64,000 bases of DNA from contig JBHGNT010000009.1 of the NCBI GenBank assembly GCA_043228905.1, positions 186,001-250,000 of the forward strand. The letters run 5' to 3'. Below are positions 1 to 11,306 of the stretch, piece by piece. Numbering within the stretch: the stretch's first letter is position 1; each line of letters begins with the position of its first letter. Position numbers and translations under genes: made by a program. The DNA is from Azolla caroliniana. Its lineage: Eukaryota; Plantae; Polypodiophyta. The notes beneath the pieces were generated by a model that made no database searches, was not told the origin of the DNA, and saw only the letters and a program-made list of their open reading frames with translations.

Positions 1-99
1 CTTGATCATGTTTTCATTTACTTTTCAAATTTGGGGAGCGGTTTTCTCATTTTTCTGGTAAGGATGAGTCGAGTCAAACGGTGTTGTATTAGGATGTAT

Positions 100-1760
100 A
101 CATTTGGTAACAAGTCTTCTGTGTTGCTAACTATGGGCATGCTGAAGAAGGATTGAAATTAGCAATCGGCAACGGATCGGTTTGAACCGAATTGAACCGC
201 TAAACCGCGGTTTAACGACTCAGTGGTTTCATTCGGTTCGGTTCAGGTTTAGGTTTTTATTAACGGTTCGGTTCGGTTTCAACAGACAAAAACCGTTATT
301 TAAACGGTTTAATAGTTTTTTCTTTTAATTTGTTTTTAAACAATCTTTTCATTTTTAGACCTTATTCTCACATTTTAGGAACATCTTAAAAAAATTTTAA
401 AAAAATTTAAATGAAATATTATAAATTTTTAAAAATTAAAAATTTGACCTATGTTGAAAACCGAAACCAAACCATGAAACCGCGGTTTTTACGGTTTAAT
501 GGTTTAAAGATTTGAAAAATGTTTAACGGTTTCGTGGTTTGGTTCGGTTTGGTTCAGGTTTCAAAAAATTTAAGCGGTTCGATTTGGACCCCCTCAAACC
601 GAACCGTTGCCGATTGTTAATTGAAATGGTTCAAAGGTAGGAGCTATGAGGGCTTATCTCAAGACGCAACTACTTTGGTTTCTTTCTAAGGAATAGCTTG
701 CTGCAATGCGTTGATTGTAAATTATGTTGAACATGAACATGAGCATGCTAAAGAAGCATTGAAATGGTTCATATCTATGTATCATGGAATTCATTTATTG
801 CAGGATATGTTGAATATGGACATTTTAGTGATGTTTTCAAATGTATTCAGCAAATGAAGTTGGAAGACATTGTTCCAAAGGTTGTACCATATTTCTGATG
901 CTTGAAAGCATGTGGAAGAGTAGGAGGGTTGAGAAAGTACAAAGACTGAGGCAAAGATTGTATGGGATTGTATGGCAAAGTGATATTTGTATTGAGAATA
1001 GTGTGATAGGGAAGTATGATAGGTGTTGATCTCTGTTAAATGCACAAGATGTATTTGTACTCTTGCAAATAGAGATGTTCTCTTGTGGAATGTATCTATT
1101 ACAGGATATGTTGATCATGACCCAACTGAGTTTTTTTGTGGTTTATTTGGTGAGGCACAAGAAATATTTTCAAAGCTTCAATTTAGAGATACAGGGATGT
1201 GGAATACAATGATTTTGGCCTTGGGAGTTTTTTGTTTTAAATTTCAAGAGATCGTCGCCTCGATTTATAGTCTCTTGGAATGCATTGTTCATCGACCTAG
1301 CTCAGAACTAGCTATATACTGAATTTCACAATCTGATAGGGTCTTTGTTTATTTCAAGTTAAGGATCATATTGTTAGAAGGGGATTTCTGAGAAGGATGT
1401 AATGTTGGGTGAGGCATTGGTAGATAGGTATGTGAACTGTGGTATGCGGTGAGCTGAAGGCTTTTCGAAACACTGGATTTAGTGTAAAAGGGGAAAATAT
1501 TCATGATGAGAGTATAAATAAAGGTCTCTTCATGGAGGAGGATATCGTGCTTAACAATGCTTTGGTGAATGCAAAAGAAGGATTGGAAAAAGATCCTTTT
1601 GTTGGTGCCGTAAATGTGGAACAATAATTGAAGCCTGAGAGCTTTTTGAGACGTTATTGCTCAATATAGCCTGGTACAATGGCCTGCCCTGTTATTGGGC
1701 TATATTGAGCATGATAAGGAGGATGTTATACAACTCTATCCTCGAATGCTTGTGCAAGGT
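100..1760 (+). pseudogene. Degenerate PLS-type PPR gene remnant, interrupted by a MITE
   Basis: Scattered PPR-like peptides in broken frames: YGHAEEGLK|WF (split by the MITE), EHEHAKEALKWF, RDVLLWNVSITGYVDH, GEAQEIFSKLQFRDTGMWNTMI, GENIHDESINKGLFMEEDIVLNNALVN. Many stops and frameshifts; boundaries approximate. Confidence 0.7.
160..619. mobile_element. Non-autonomous hAT-type DNA transposon (MITE), 460 bp
   Basis: 26-bp TIR TAGCAATCGGCAACGGATCGGTTTGA vs reverse complement of the right end TAACAATCGGCAACGGTTCGGTTTGA (2 mismatches). Perfect 8-bp TSD ATTGAAAT at 152-159 and 620-627. Many subterminal AAACCG/CGGTTT motifs. Confidence 0.9.
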
Positions 1761-1934
1761 CTCTAACTACTATGATGATATTTTTAGATGTTGAGATGGA
1801 TCTTAGTTAAATGAAAGATCTATGGCTAGCCATTGAGATAGTCATTTCTTTTCCATCTATTTTGTAGTTTGTAGCTGATATGTTTTTTGAAAACTAATGG
1901 AATGATATTTTGTTTTGAAATAAAATAAAATAAA

Positions 1935-2110
1935 ATGGAGTATGTCAATGAGCAATTATACCTCCAAGATTAAAAGCCTATACAACTACTCTCTTGCCTC
2001 CTATCGACATAAAGGTCGATGAAGACAAGATGGTGCAAATATATCTTGGTGGTCTATCACAATGGTTTAGCTTGCCTAGAACCACCATCAACAACAAGAT
2101 ATAAACCCGA
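1935..2110 (+). mobile_element. Ty1/copia gag fragment (degenerate)
   Basis: Broken translation Y.SKIKSL...IDIKVDEDKMVQIYLGGLSQWF resembles copia gag (UBN2/Retrotran_gag_2). Confidence 0.45.
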
Positions 2111-2549
2111 TTTAAGTAGCTTATTGATCACTAGTAAGTCCAATTAAGAGTGTCATTGATTTTCTTATTTTTCCTCAATGTGCTTGCTTTTAGTTTCCAT
2201 CCAAGGCCTTTGACAGTGTGTTGCATCAATTTCCATTGGATTGATCCCACTATTGGAATGGTGATAGGGGCTTGCATAGTTCTAGATGAAGGTAGTGTTG
2301 CCACCAACACATGTATGTTTGCTCAAATATAAGAATGGACAGTTGTCGAGGGTTGGAACATCATTCGAATAAACGATCGCCTCAATTTATAGCACAATTG
2401 ATGGTCTTTGTAAGTAATGAAATATCGTCATTAAATGAAAATTTTATTGATATGACTCTTCACAATATCCATTTCTCCATTTAACAAGTTTGAAAATTAT
2501 TTAGTAAACTCAACAAAGTTCTTTAGTATAGGCCGAGAACTTTTCTCTA

Positions 2550-3590
2550 GTAATGGCAATTAATGGGCTATCTGTTAATATGAACAAAATAAAAATGATG
2601 GCAATAAAGGCAACACAACCAAGATACTACCCGATTTCTACATACAAGAGAGGACCAATACAATGGTGCAAATTTTCAAATATCTTGGTATTAATGTCCC
2701 CTCTACAAATAGGTACAATTTATGTTAATCTAGATTCTAGACTTCAAGGGAGTTGGGATAGTTATTATATGTTTGAGAATCAATGCAACCAAAGTGATAC
2801 TCAAGGATGGGAAGTAAGATTGATGTGATTCAATGTTATGGTGTTTCAAAGTGTCGACTTTTGGAGTGGAAGCATGGAGTGTTACTATCTCACTTAGTTT
2901 GACATGGAGTGTTACTATCCTCATTACCACAATTGGGGTAAAATCCTCAACATCTATGCTTTCATGCAATTAGAAACATGTGCTCTACCCATAGAGGTAT
3001 TAACTATACAAAGAGTATACGAGCCTATCAAAAAAGTCAAGAATATTCTAATCATAGATTGCCAAAACAAGCTTAGAACAAAGGATGCAAGGTACGTAAA
3101 ACTAATAAGTGTGAAGTCCCATTTGGTTTAGTGCTTATCATTATGCAATGGTTTAAGAGATGGAAAGTAAAAGATTCTATTGGACCTCTTGGGTGATGCT
3201 ACGAAGTATGTGATAATGGAGGATAGATTACTAAAAGCATTAAGGATGAAGTGGCACAATGCCAATTTCTCAAAATTGGAATATGACATTCCCCCAATCT
3301 TGGTTAGCCTTGGATCTCGGAGAGCCTTAACATTTCTTTGAACTTGTCTCACTCACACAACTTAGATGTGGTGGTATCATCAAGGCATCATGACCCAAAT
3401 ATGATGATATGCAACGAAAACCTAATGGAGGATGAATATCACTTAATTATTTCATGCTCAACATACATATAGTAATTTGCAAGAGATACGATGACTTGTT
3501 AGACTAGCTTGATAATGTAAGTGTAATACTCAAGTGTCCACCAAGACAGATCTGCACATATGCATGTGCATTATTTTCACATAAAAAGTA
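2550..3590 (+). mobile_element. Degenerate non-LTR retrotransposon (RTEX/CR1-like RT C-terminus and Cys/His tail)
   Basis: GLSVNMNKIKMM (late RT motif) followed by a tail containing EDEYHLIISC; many stops. Confidence 0.55.
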
Positions 3591-3596
3591 TCATGA

Positions 3597-4470
3597 CATG
3601 GGAAAAATGTGAAGGCTCATGCTTCATACATTATACTACATATATTTTCGCCTAACCACAAAACCATAATCTTCACTGAATAGGGAAACCACACATGAAT
3701 ACATGTTAGAGCCTATCCAGTTGTTTGCCCTCTAAACCATTGCTCCCATGTGACTGTTGTGTGCCGGAATTGTAACCACCGGACATAACACATGGAAAAT
3801 AGAGTATTATATTAGGAGCGTTAAATTAACGCGTGTAACGGTTTTACACAGGGAGCGTAACCGATTAGAAGCCTTGTGTATATAAGGGGCGAGAGACCAT
3901 TGTAAAGAGCTAGCGTATTATGAGAGTGCCATTTTAATATAGTTTTATCTTCTTTTATCTTGATATTCTATCTATTGGTCTATTGGTCTCTTGTTTCCGT
4001 TTCTCGTTCTCTGTACAAGACTGTGTTGCAATAAACACAAGGTAAGTACGTGTTGGGTGCTACGCCCCTACAGAGGTTAGGTTGTAGTCGTCTCCCCCTT
4101 ACGCCTTACAAATCACGCACTACGCATCCTTATTCCCTTGCACCACGATCACCTTGTAAGCTACCCTGAAGGACTGAGGGTGAACTGTGTTCCTAACTGG
4201 TAACAATGACTTAGCTCACACTCACTACAATGTGAGATGGGGCATTGGGGCACCAATGATGAGAGTAGTTGACTAAACTCAGTTTTTCCTAAACATGTTC
4301 AATGAGTGTCACACTTTGATACAATACTCTACCTTTAATTACATTCTATTGTGCTTTCTCCACATTTTTTACCAAACCCAATCCTTGCACAAATTTCTCT
4401 CGCAATGACAATGTGCACTTCCGATTACAACATTCATTAGTTAAGTTCTTGAACATCGAGAATGTCTCAT
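3597..4470. repeat. Dispersed repeat of unknown identity, split by a solo LTR; homologous to ~53010-53510 and ~48740-48900
   Basis: ACACATGAATACATGTTAGAGCC...CCATGTGAC|LTR|ATGACTTAGCTCACAC...GAGAGTAGTTGAC matches 53107-53235. TGCACT...CAACATTCATT..AAGTTCTTGAACAT matches 53377-53420 and 48768-48812. Confidence 0.75.
3755..4205 (+). mobile_element. Solo LTR, 451 bp
   Basis: TGTTG...TAACA termini; 5-bp TSD GTGAC/ATGAC (1 mismatch). Internal TATATAAG (~3879) and AATAAA (~4030). An empty-site homologue exists at ~53160-53180. Confidence 0.85.
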
Positions 4471-7400
4471 GGATCCTATTTTACTTCCAAAAACAATAAT
4501 AAAAATTATCTATTTCTCTCTCTTGTTGGTGTCCCTTTTGCCCCCCTCTCATTGAGGCCTCAACTCTAATCAGGTTATGCCAGACACTCCCAAGTTATTG
4601 TCAATTGTTAATGTATCAAGGTGCAACGGTGTTGAGAGTAAACTATAGAGACAAGGAAGTTATCTTCCTAGTAAAGAATGGCAAAATTTGAGGGTAGAAT
4701 TAAAACTATTAAGCCTTCATTAAAAAGATATTGAATCAACCAATGTTGTCAATTCTTGGTTGGAGTTCTAGTACCTAAAAGAAATCCACATTTGTTATTA
4801 GCAATGTCATAAATAAGGAATATCATTCTGAACCTTCAACAACGAAAACAAAATCTATGGACATTGAATAATAAAAAGTCACGTGATCAGAAAATCAAAT
4901 CCAATTTTCAACCATCTTTAAAAGCTCTCCTTCAACGTTTAACGAAGATCACAATTAGATAGTTTTGAAGTGAAGAGATCATGGAAAAAATAATGTTGTC
5001 AACAAGTCTTAGAGCATTGATGATGATATTCTTGATGCCTCCACCAAGGCGGAGACCGATATCGAGCAAGGGTGAAACATCAATGGTACAAGGAATAATG
5101 GTGTAATGTTGTCTATCTTATGGCACCATATGGACATACTCACCAATGAACGTTGGATTTGAGGACCCCAAGAAAAAATTGGCAAGAGCTAAGTGGGTTT
5201 TACATGTATGTTTTTAGGTGGCTATATTTTTATGAATGTACGTAAGATTAACACTATTGATTTTAATTTTTTATTAGATCTTAAGATTTTAGACTTTTAT
5301 TAAAAGGGAAATAATATTAATATTTTAAGTCTTATACATATTTAAACTAGCAATACTTGGAGACCATAACAATCAAAGTGAGCATCACTCCTATAATTTA
5401 TATTACCATGTATAATTTATTATTACAAAACATTGGTTGTAGCCATATCTTCCCGTGAACAAAGGTTGCCATCCAGTCTGATAAGGTGATCAAGTGCATG
5501 CTCCATGGTGTTACGTCACTCAAATCCATTTTTGGACATTCTAATTTCTTGGTGTCCAATGAGCTAGTTCACAAATGTTGACTCATCCTCAAAGAAAGAT
5601 ATATGAGATAAAGTAAATTTTATAAATGGGGACATGATACTTGTTAGGATTCAGATTTTATTTTTGGACAAGCAGATAGATAGACATGCCTTCGTAAATA
5701 CATGTCATAACATGAAAGGACAAGAAGCTCAACTAAGATGTATGTCTTTTTCATGGGTCTTGATATATGGGTAGACGCTAGAATGTCACATGGGGACCAC
5801 ATACGGTAAGGGGAGTCTTGTGTCTAGGGTTTTGTGATTGTAAAAATGACTTTCAATGTGCACTTTTTAATAGTGGTGGGGAAATCGGCCATCGGCATGC
5901 ATTCAAGCGAAGTACCATATTGGCATGCGGTATAAATATATGTTTTCCTTCGAGAAAGGCAAAAGGGGAGGGACAAGAATTGGAATTTGGTATATTCAAC
6001 ATTCTAGAAAGCCAAAACAACGACAAATGAACCTTGAAGTGCGGAAAAAGGAATTACAAAAAGATAAACTTAGAGTGCAAATATCAATGTAAGTAATAAA
6101 GGATAGGTGCAATCATTAATAACCTGCATTGGGTTCGCTTCTTGCATGCCTTAGAATATTTTTGATTCAGTACACCAACTTCCCAGGCTAGGAAATTGGT
6201 ACAAAATGTTTTGATGCAAGAGGCCAAAAATCATATGATTACATCTGTTCAAAATTATTTCTCGCGACAAATACACCCTCCATAGTGACGTTATCTTTGA
6301 TTGTTTGTTATTATGATCGGTCATCGTCTACTATCTATGGAGTTCTTCCATCGCTAGGTTTGTATTGATGTCTCCATTACACAGTTTATATTCTAGGGAT
6401 GGGCCAATATACTACATGATAAAAGTTTGTGAGGACATGCATATATTCTAGGTTTTGCATCTTAGTTGATGTCCCATGTCAAGGAAATCGGCCTAAGGGA
6501 AAATTGATTTCTTTGCATGAGTATATTCTCTTCTAAATGTATCCCTCTATAGAACATAAATTGGTTTCCGAACATTATCAATTTTGTCTCGTCGATTTTG
6601 TAGCATTGTCAATTAGGATACAAAAATATGGATGTCTTGATGAACATTTGAATATATAAATATGAATATGTTCCAATGTGAAACCCTTGTTCTAAAGATT
6701 TTGTAACCTTAGTTGCATAGCTCACGTTAACTCAGTGGTGTTAAGGTAATCGAAAACAGACGCTAAGTTAAGAGTGTGGGTATGTATAGGATCAACGTGA
6801 AAACTAGGCAAAAGATGGTGATTCACGTAATAATGGATTTTAGTTTTTACTTACTAACGACACTTAGCATGGTTAAAAATTGTATTCAACATTATATTAT
6901 AGAACTACATACCGCTTTTACATAGTGCCAAGTAAAGAATGAGAACTACAGAAAAGGAATATTTTTTTGTTTGTCCATTAGGTTTACACCCTCTTATATG
7001 ATATATAAATGATCAACTTCACACTAAATTACAACATTTTATGTCTTGTGTGGTTCCACAAGGCATTGTAAATGGCAAATAAAAAATGTGCACAACACCA
7101 AACCATGTTATTTTCTTAAACTAGTTGTTATAATGATGTATTACACTAAATACATCTTAATCCATAAAAGTTAAACACAACTAATAGATAAATTGTTGGG
7201 TTAGGTGTGAATTCATGGGACAATGAAAGATATACCTGAGAGACAAGAGAATAAGTAATCGTGGGAGGGAATAAACCAAAGAAAAAGTTATTAAAATCTT
7301 GAGCTGAAAAACATTGAAAAGGGAGCAGTTCAAACTCAAAATGGTGAAACCTATCCCTATAAACTTCTATAAGAAACAAATTTAAGCTTCTATAAGAAGC

Positions 7401-7500
7401 CAAGCAAGGGTAATGTTGACATTGTTAGTAATACTTTATATGTTTCTTCATAAGCATACTTACCTCTACATACTACCTCAACATTTTACTACAAAATGCT

Positions 7501-7762
7501 CTTTCTTTTTCTTTTTTTTCCAAAAAAAAACTTTCCATTAGTTATAAAATTTTACAGATGAGATGATTATGTACAAATCCATGTAGGGACGCAATAGTTC
7601 CATCTTATGTGGATGCCCACTGACTCAAGAAAGGGAGAGGACGACCATTGCTGGATGAAGGCTATTCGTTGTCTTTCAACTCCATCGGAGCTACCCTTGA
7701 GGCCATCATATTGGCTCTTTAGAGTGGCTACAATTTCACTCCATATTGGCTCTTTAGAGTGG
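7501..7762 (-). mobile_element. 5'-truncated L1-type LINE 3' end
   Basis: Minus-strand peptide IWSEIVATLKSQYDGLKGSSDGVERQRIAFIQQW...IRWNYCVPTW resembles the tail of the L1 at 61504-63821. T-rich tail at ~7501-7519. 12-bp TSD CTACAAAATGCT (7489-7500, 7763-7774). Confidence 0.75.
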
Positions 7763-9820
7763 CTACAAAATGCTTTCGTTTTTAGCATTTGCATGTATGA
7801 TGGGCATTATTACCATGTAGATCTGCATTAAAATGTTGATCATTCATGTCTAGTTTTGGCAATGCATATATATTTGAGACATTGCATGGTCCTTATAAAC
7901 CTCTAATATAAACAATGTATATCACGTGCTTTCAAGAATCAAGGCCTTGATTTAACTATATATACACCTTGTTTCTCACATGAAGTGAAGGTCGTATGTA
8001 AAACCCTTTTTATGAAAATTTTCAATGAGTTACTATTGTTTGTTCTATATTCAATGTTTAAATATCTAGGTATATTGTATGTAAAACATGTTTAAAACGA
8101 GGTGTTCAAAACAACCTTAAAATAGAAAACAAGGTGTTTAAAAATAATATGCCATTGAACTCACTTGATGGTGATACATATTTTAATTTCATGGTTAGAA
8201 TTTAGAAATATTGTCAGAGGGTATGATTAGATTGTTGGGAGATTAAATGGATGCATATCGAACATGTTTGTGATTTTTGCATGATTAATAAAAATTTATT
8301 AATCTTTCATTGTTATTAACTATAAAAGTGCAATATTAATTAGTTGATATAAACTATTACCAATCATGTTATAAGCACAAATATAGCTATTTTCATTATG
8401 ATTTAATCAATCAAAGAGAAGAGAGAAAGTCGAAACATATCCTTAACTCAAGAGATAAATGTTTATATTGAATTCTTAACTTTGGATAGGTTATAATGTT
8501 TTCCAACATAATAGTTTGAAAAAAGTATAAAAAAACCACAAGCATAAACTTTTAATAGTTCTAACGGAGTGAACTTTGCCTTGCCATGGGTTTCACTCCC
8601 TCAATACTTATAGTATCTCAAAACTACGATGCATTGAGTTTTGCCTCTATCACACTTTCTTGTGCCCATGGGTATTCATGATAACTCCAACTAAAACAGT
8701 CTCCAAAAAGGAACCTTTGATGTACCCCAGGGCTTATCATGGAATGTGAACCATATTGTTCTCTATATCTGTCAATCTTCTTCGTAACGTGCAAGGCACC
8801 AAACCCTTCCCTTTTGTAGCTTCTCCTCTCATTTGTGATGTGCATGAAGCTAACATGTGTTGGACCATTCAAAATATCCACTTTAGTATCATGACATGGC
8901 TAATTATAAATTAGGCAATTATATATATCAACTTATAAATTGGTTACATCTCGGAAATAGGCAACATGATCTAGAATATATGCGATGAAGAATGGCCATC
9001 GTTTAGTAGTTTACTCACTAGGTGTCACCTTGAATGAAGCATCAATAGCTATTCTAACATGAACAAAACCATTGCTAACTTGATAGACGACCCAACAATA
9101 AAGGTACAACATATGCATATTTATGTGCTTTGAGATTTTAAAGTCCATTATGGCAATTGTCTAAATTTAAAATGAAGAGAAATGAAATCACATTGTGCAT
9201 TTTCACACGGTGTCTCGCTAGCAATTGGCTTTCAAAGGGGCGAAGTTGTCGTTAGAAGATAAAACTTTGGGAGGTGGTGCTCTCTCCTCTGAATTGGCCT
9301 TGGCCTTTAAAGGGCAATTTTATTATCGTCTCGAGATAAAATTATGAGCGAGAGTTTTTGTGGCGTCTTCCATCATGTATGTATAGACATTTGAATTTTA
9401 AATTGCAACAAGGCAACCTCATGAATGCTTTTACATTGCACTTTAATGGTACAAACATGATACAACCAACGTGCGTGCTCACACACAAGCATATAATATT
9501 ATCCTTTTAGTAACCTCTTCCTATCTAGATTGCATACGTGTAAAATTTTAATACATCCTAGAGCTCCTTTTAAGGTTTTGCTCAAAACTCAAGATTGCCA
9601 TCCTCATCATCATCATCACTAACGCACCCCTTGTACAACAACAACTACTACTACTGCTATTGCTACTACTACTATCGTAGCTACAAGAACATTAACATGA
9701 CCACCACTCACTCTTTGAGCCCTCGTGCAATGTTTCACTTTTCCCATGACACCCAGACATAGACACACATTAACAAATTATTTGAGGTGTCCCAACCTTT
9801 TTTTTAAATTCACGATCATC

Positions 9821-9822
<2 letters not shown>

Positions 9823-9854
<32 letters not shown>
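9823..9854. repeat. (TG)n microsatellite
   Basis: Direct read of a TG run. Confidence 0.95.
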
Positions 9855-9855
<1 letters not shown>

Positions 9856-10165
9856 CCTCGTCATTCCTATGGAAGCTTCTTAGTTTGTAGATCGATGGAT
9901 GTGAGCCTGATGGTGTAGCCTCTTCATTATTGAAGGATTAATCATGTCCAATATTCTCTCTTGTATGTTCTTCAATATTTGGACATTAATTATCACATAC
10001 CTCTAGTACTATTCTCTCTTTTAGCTTCTCCTATATTATACAAATACATATGCATGCATATACATACATTATTAGGCCCCTCTATTTGTGTTTGTGTGTG
10101 TAGGCTCCTTATATTACATGCATGTGTAGGCATATATCATGCATGTCTCTGCAATGTCGGAAATC

Positions 10166-10754
10166 TAGCAATGGGCCCGGTTTGGTTTCTTGGCCTTGAA
10201 ACCAAGCCGAACTGAACCAAACCATCTATATAAAACAAAAATCAAACCAAACCGTTTATGAACTTTCAAGCCATTTAAACCAAACTATTTAAGGAAAGGT
10301 AAACCAAACCATTTAGGGGAAAATTGAAACCAAACCGAACCATTTAATTAAAAGTTTAAACCAAATCACATTTAAGTCAAACTAATTAAAAAACTAAATA
10401 AACAAAAATACACCAAATTAAATAAGCATTTATGTTAAACTAATTAAATTAATAAAAAAACATTAATTGAACCATTAAATTAAATAAATATTTAAGTTAA
10501 ATTAATTAAATCACTAAAAAACATTAATTAAACCATTAAATTACATAAACATTTAAGGGGGAAAAAGTTAGCCCAGAAACCAATAAACCTTTAAACCAAA
10601 CCACTTAAACCTATAAACCTGAGTTTCAAAACCAAACCGAACCGTTTATTAAAAATAATCAAACCAAGCCATTTAATTATTTGAGAACTCAATAACCGTT
10701 AAACCATGGCTTGACGGTTTGGTTTGGTTTGAGCCGAAACCAGGCCCATAGCTA
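10166..10754. mobile_element. Non-autonomous hAT-like MITE, ~590 bp
   Basis: TIR TAGCAATGGGCCCGGTTT vs reverse complement of the right end TAGCTATGGGCCTGGTTT. Dense AAACCA/AAACCG subterminal repeats. TSD is only imperfect (CGGAAATC vs GAGAGAAATC). Confidence 0.8.
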
Positions 10755-11016
10755 GAGAGAAATCTACGAAAATACCGACTCTCTACCACTTCACAGGATA
10801 ATGTGTATTAATCTTTGAGAGACATAACAAAATGAGGAATGGGAAAAATGAGGGGTATGTAGGGAGTTTAAGAAATACAAGAGGAAGCTTTGGGAGTTTA
10901 TAGTAAAGACATAACAATTGCAAATCTTTTAGGGTAAAATTATCCAGACCATCGTCCATGAGTACATGTATTCACAAACATACATACATGATACATCCAT
11001 CCACATGCATTTACAA

Positions 11017-11162
11017 TGTACATACATACATACATACATACATACATACATACATACATACATACATACAGGCATGCATGCATGCAGACATTATATTATA
11101 CATATATGCATGTGTTTACACATCATTTATGCAATGCTCATCATCGCCATCGCCATCATCCC

Positions 11163-11195
<33 letters not shown>
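11017..11195. repeat. (CATA)n and (TA)n microsatellites upstream of the HD-Zip gene
   Basis: Direct read: TACA/CATA run ~11019-11069, TA run ~11168-11193. Confidence 0.95.
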
Positions 11196-11201
<6 letters not shown>

Positions 11202-11306
11202 TAGAGAGCATCCTATCATAACTTATTATTAAGGCTCATTATAATTAGCGATCATCACTAATTCATTCACCACACGCGCAGACTCTCTGATCATCATCAG
11301 GAATTA

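Noticed and set aside
8624-8881. 85-aa minus-strand ORF that looks coding-like
   Set aside because: GTG start, no recognisable family and no supporting exons; probably an old TE fragment.
10200-10740. Regularly recurring AAACC/TTAATTAA motifs that superficially resemble a CRISPR-like or satellite array
   Set aside because: No constant repeat-spacer period; they are subterminal repeats inside a TIR-bounded MITE in eukaryotic DNA.
10958-11232. Three overlapping ORFs rich in YIHT/IY repeats
   Set aside because: Translations of (CATA)n and (TA)n microsatellites, not genes.
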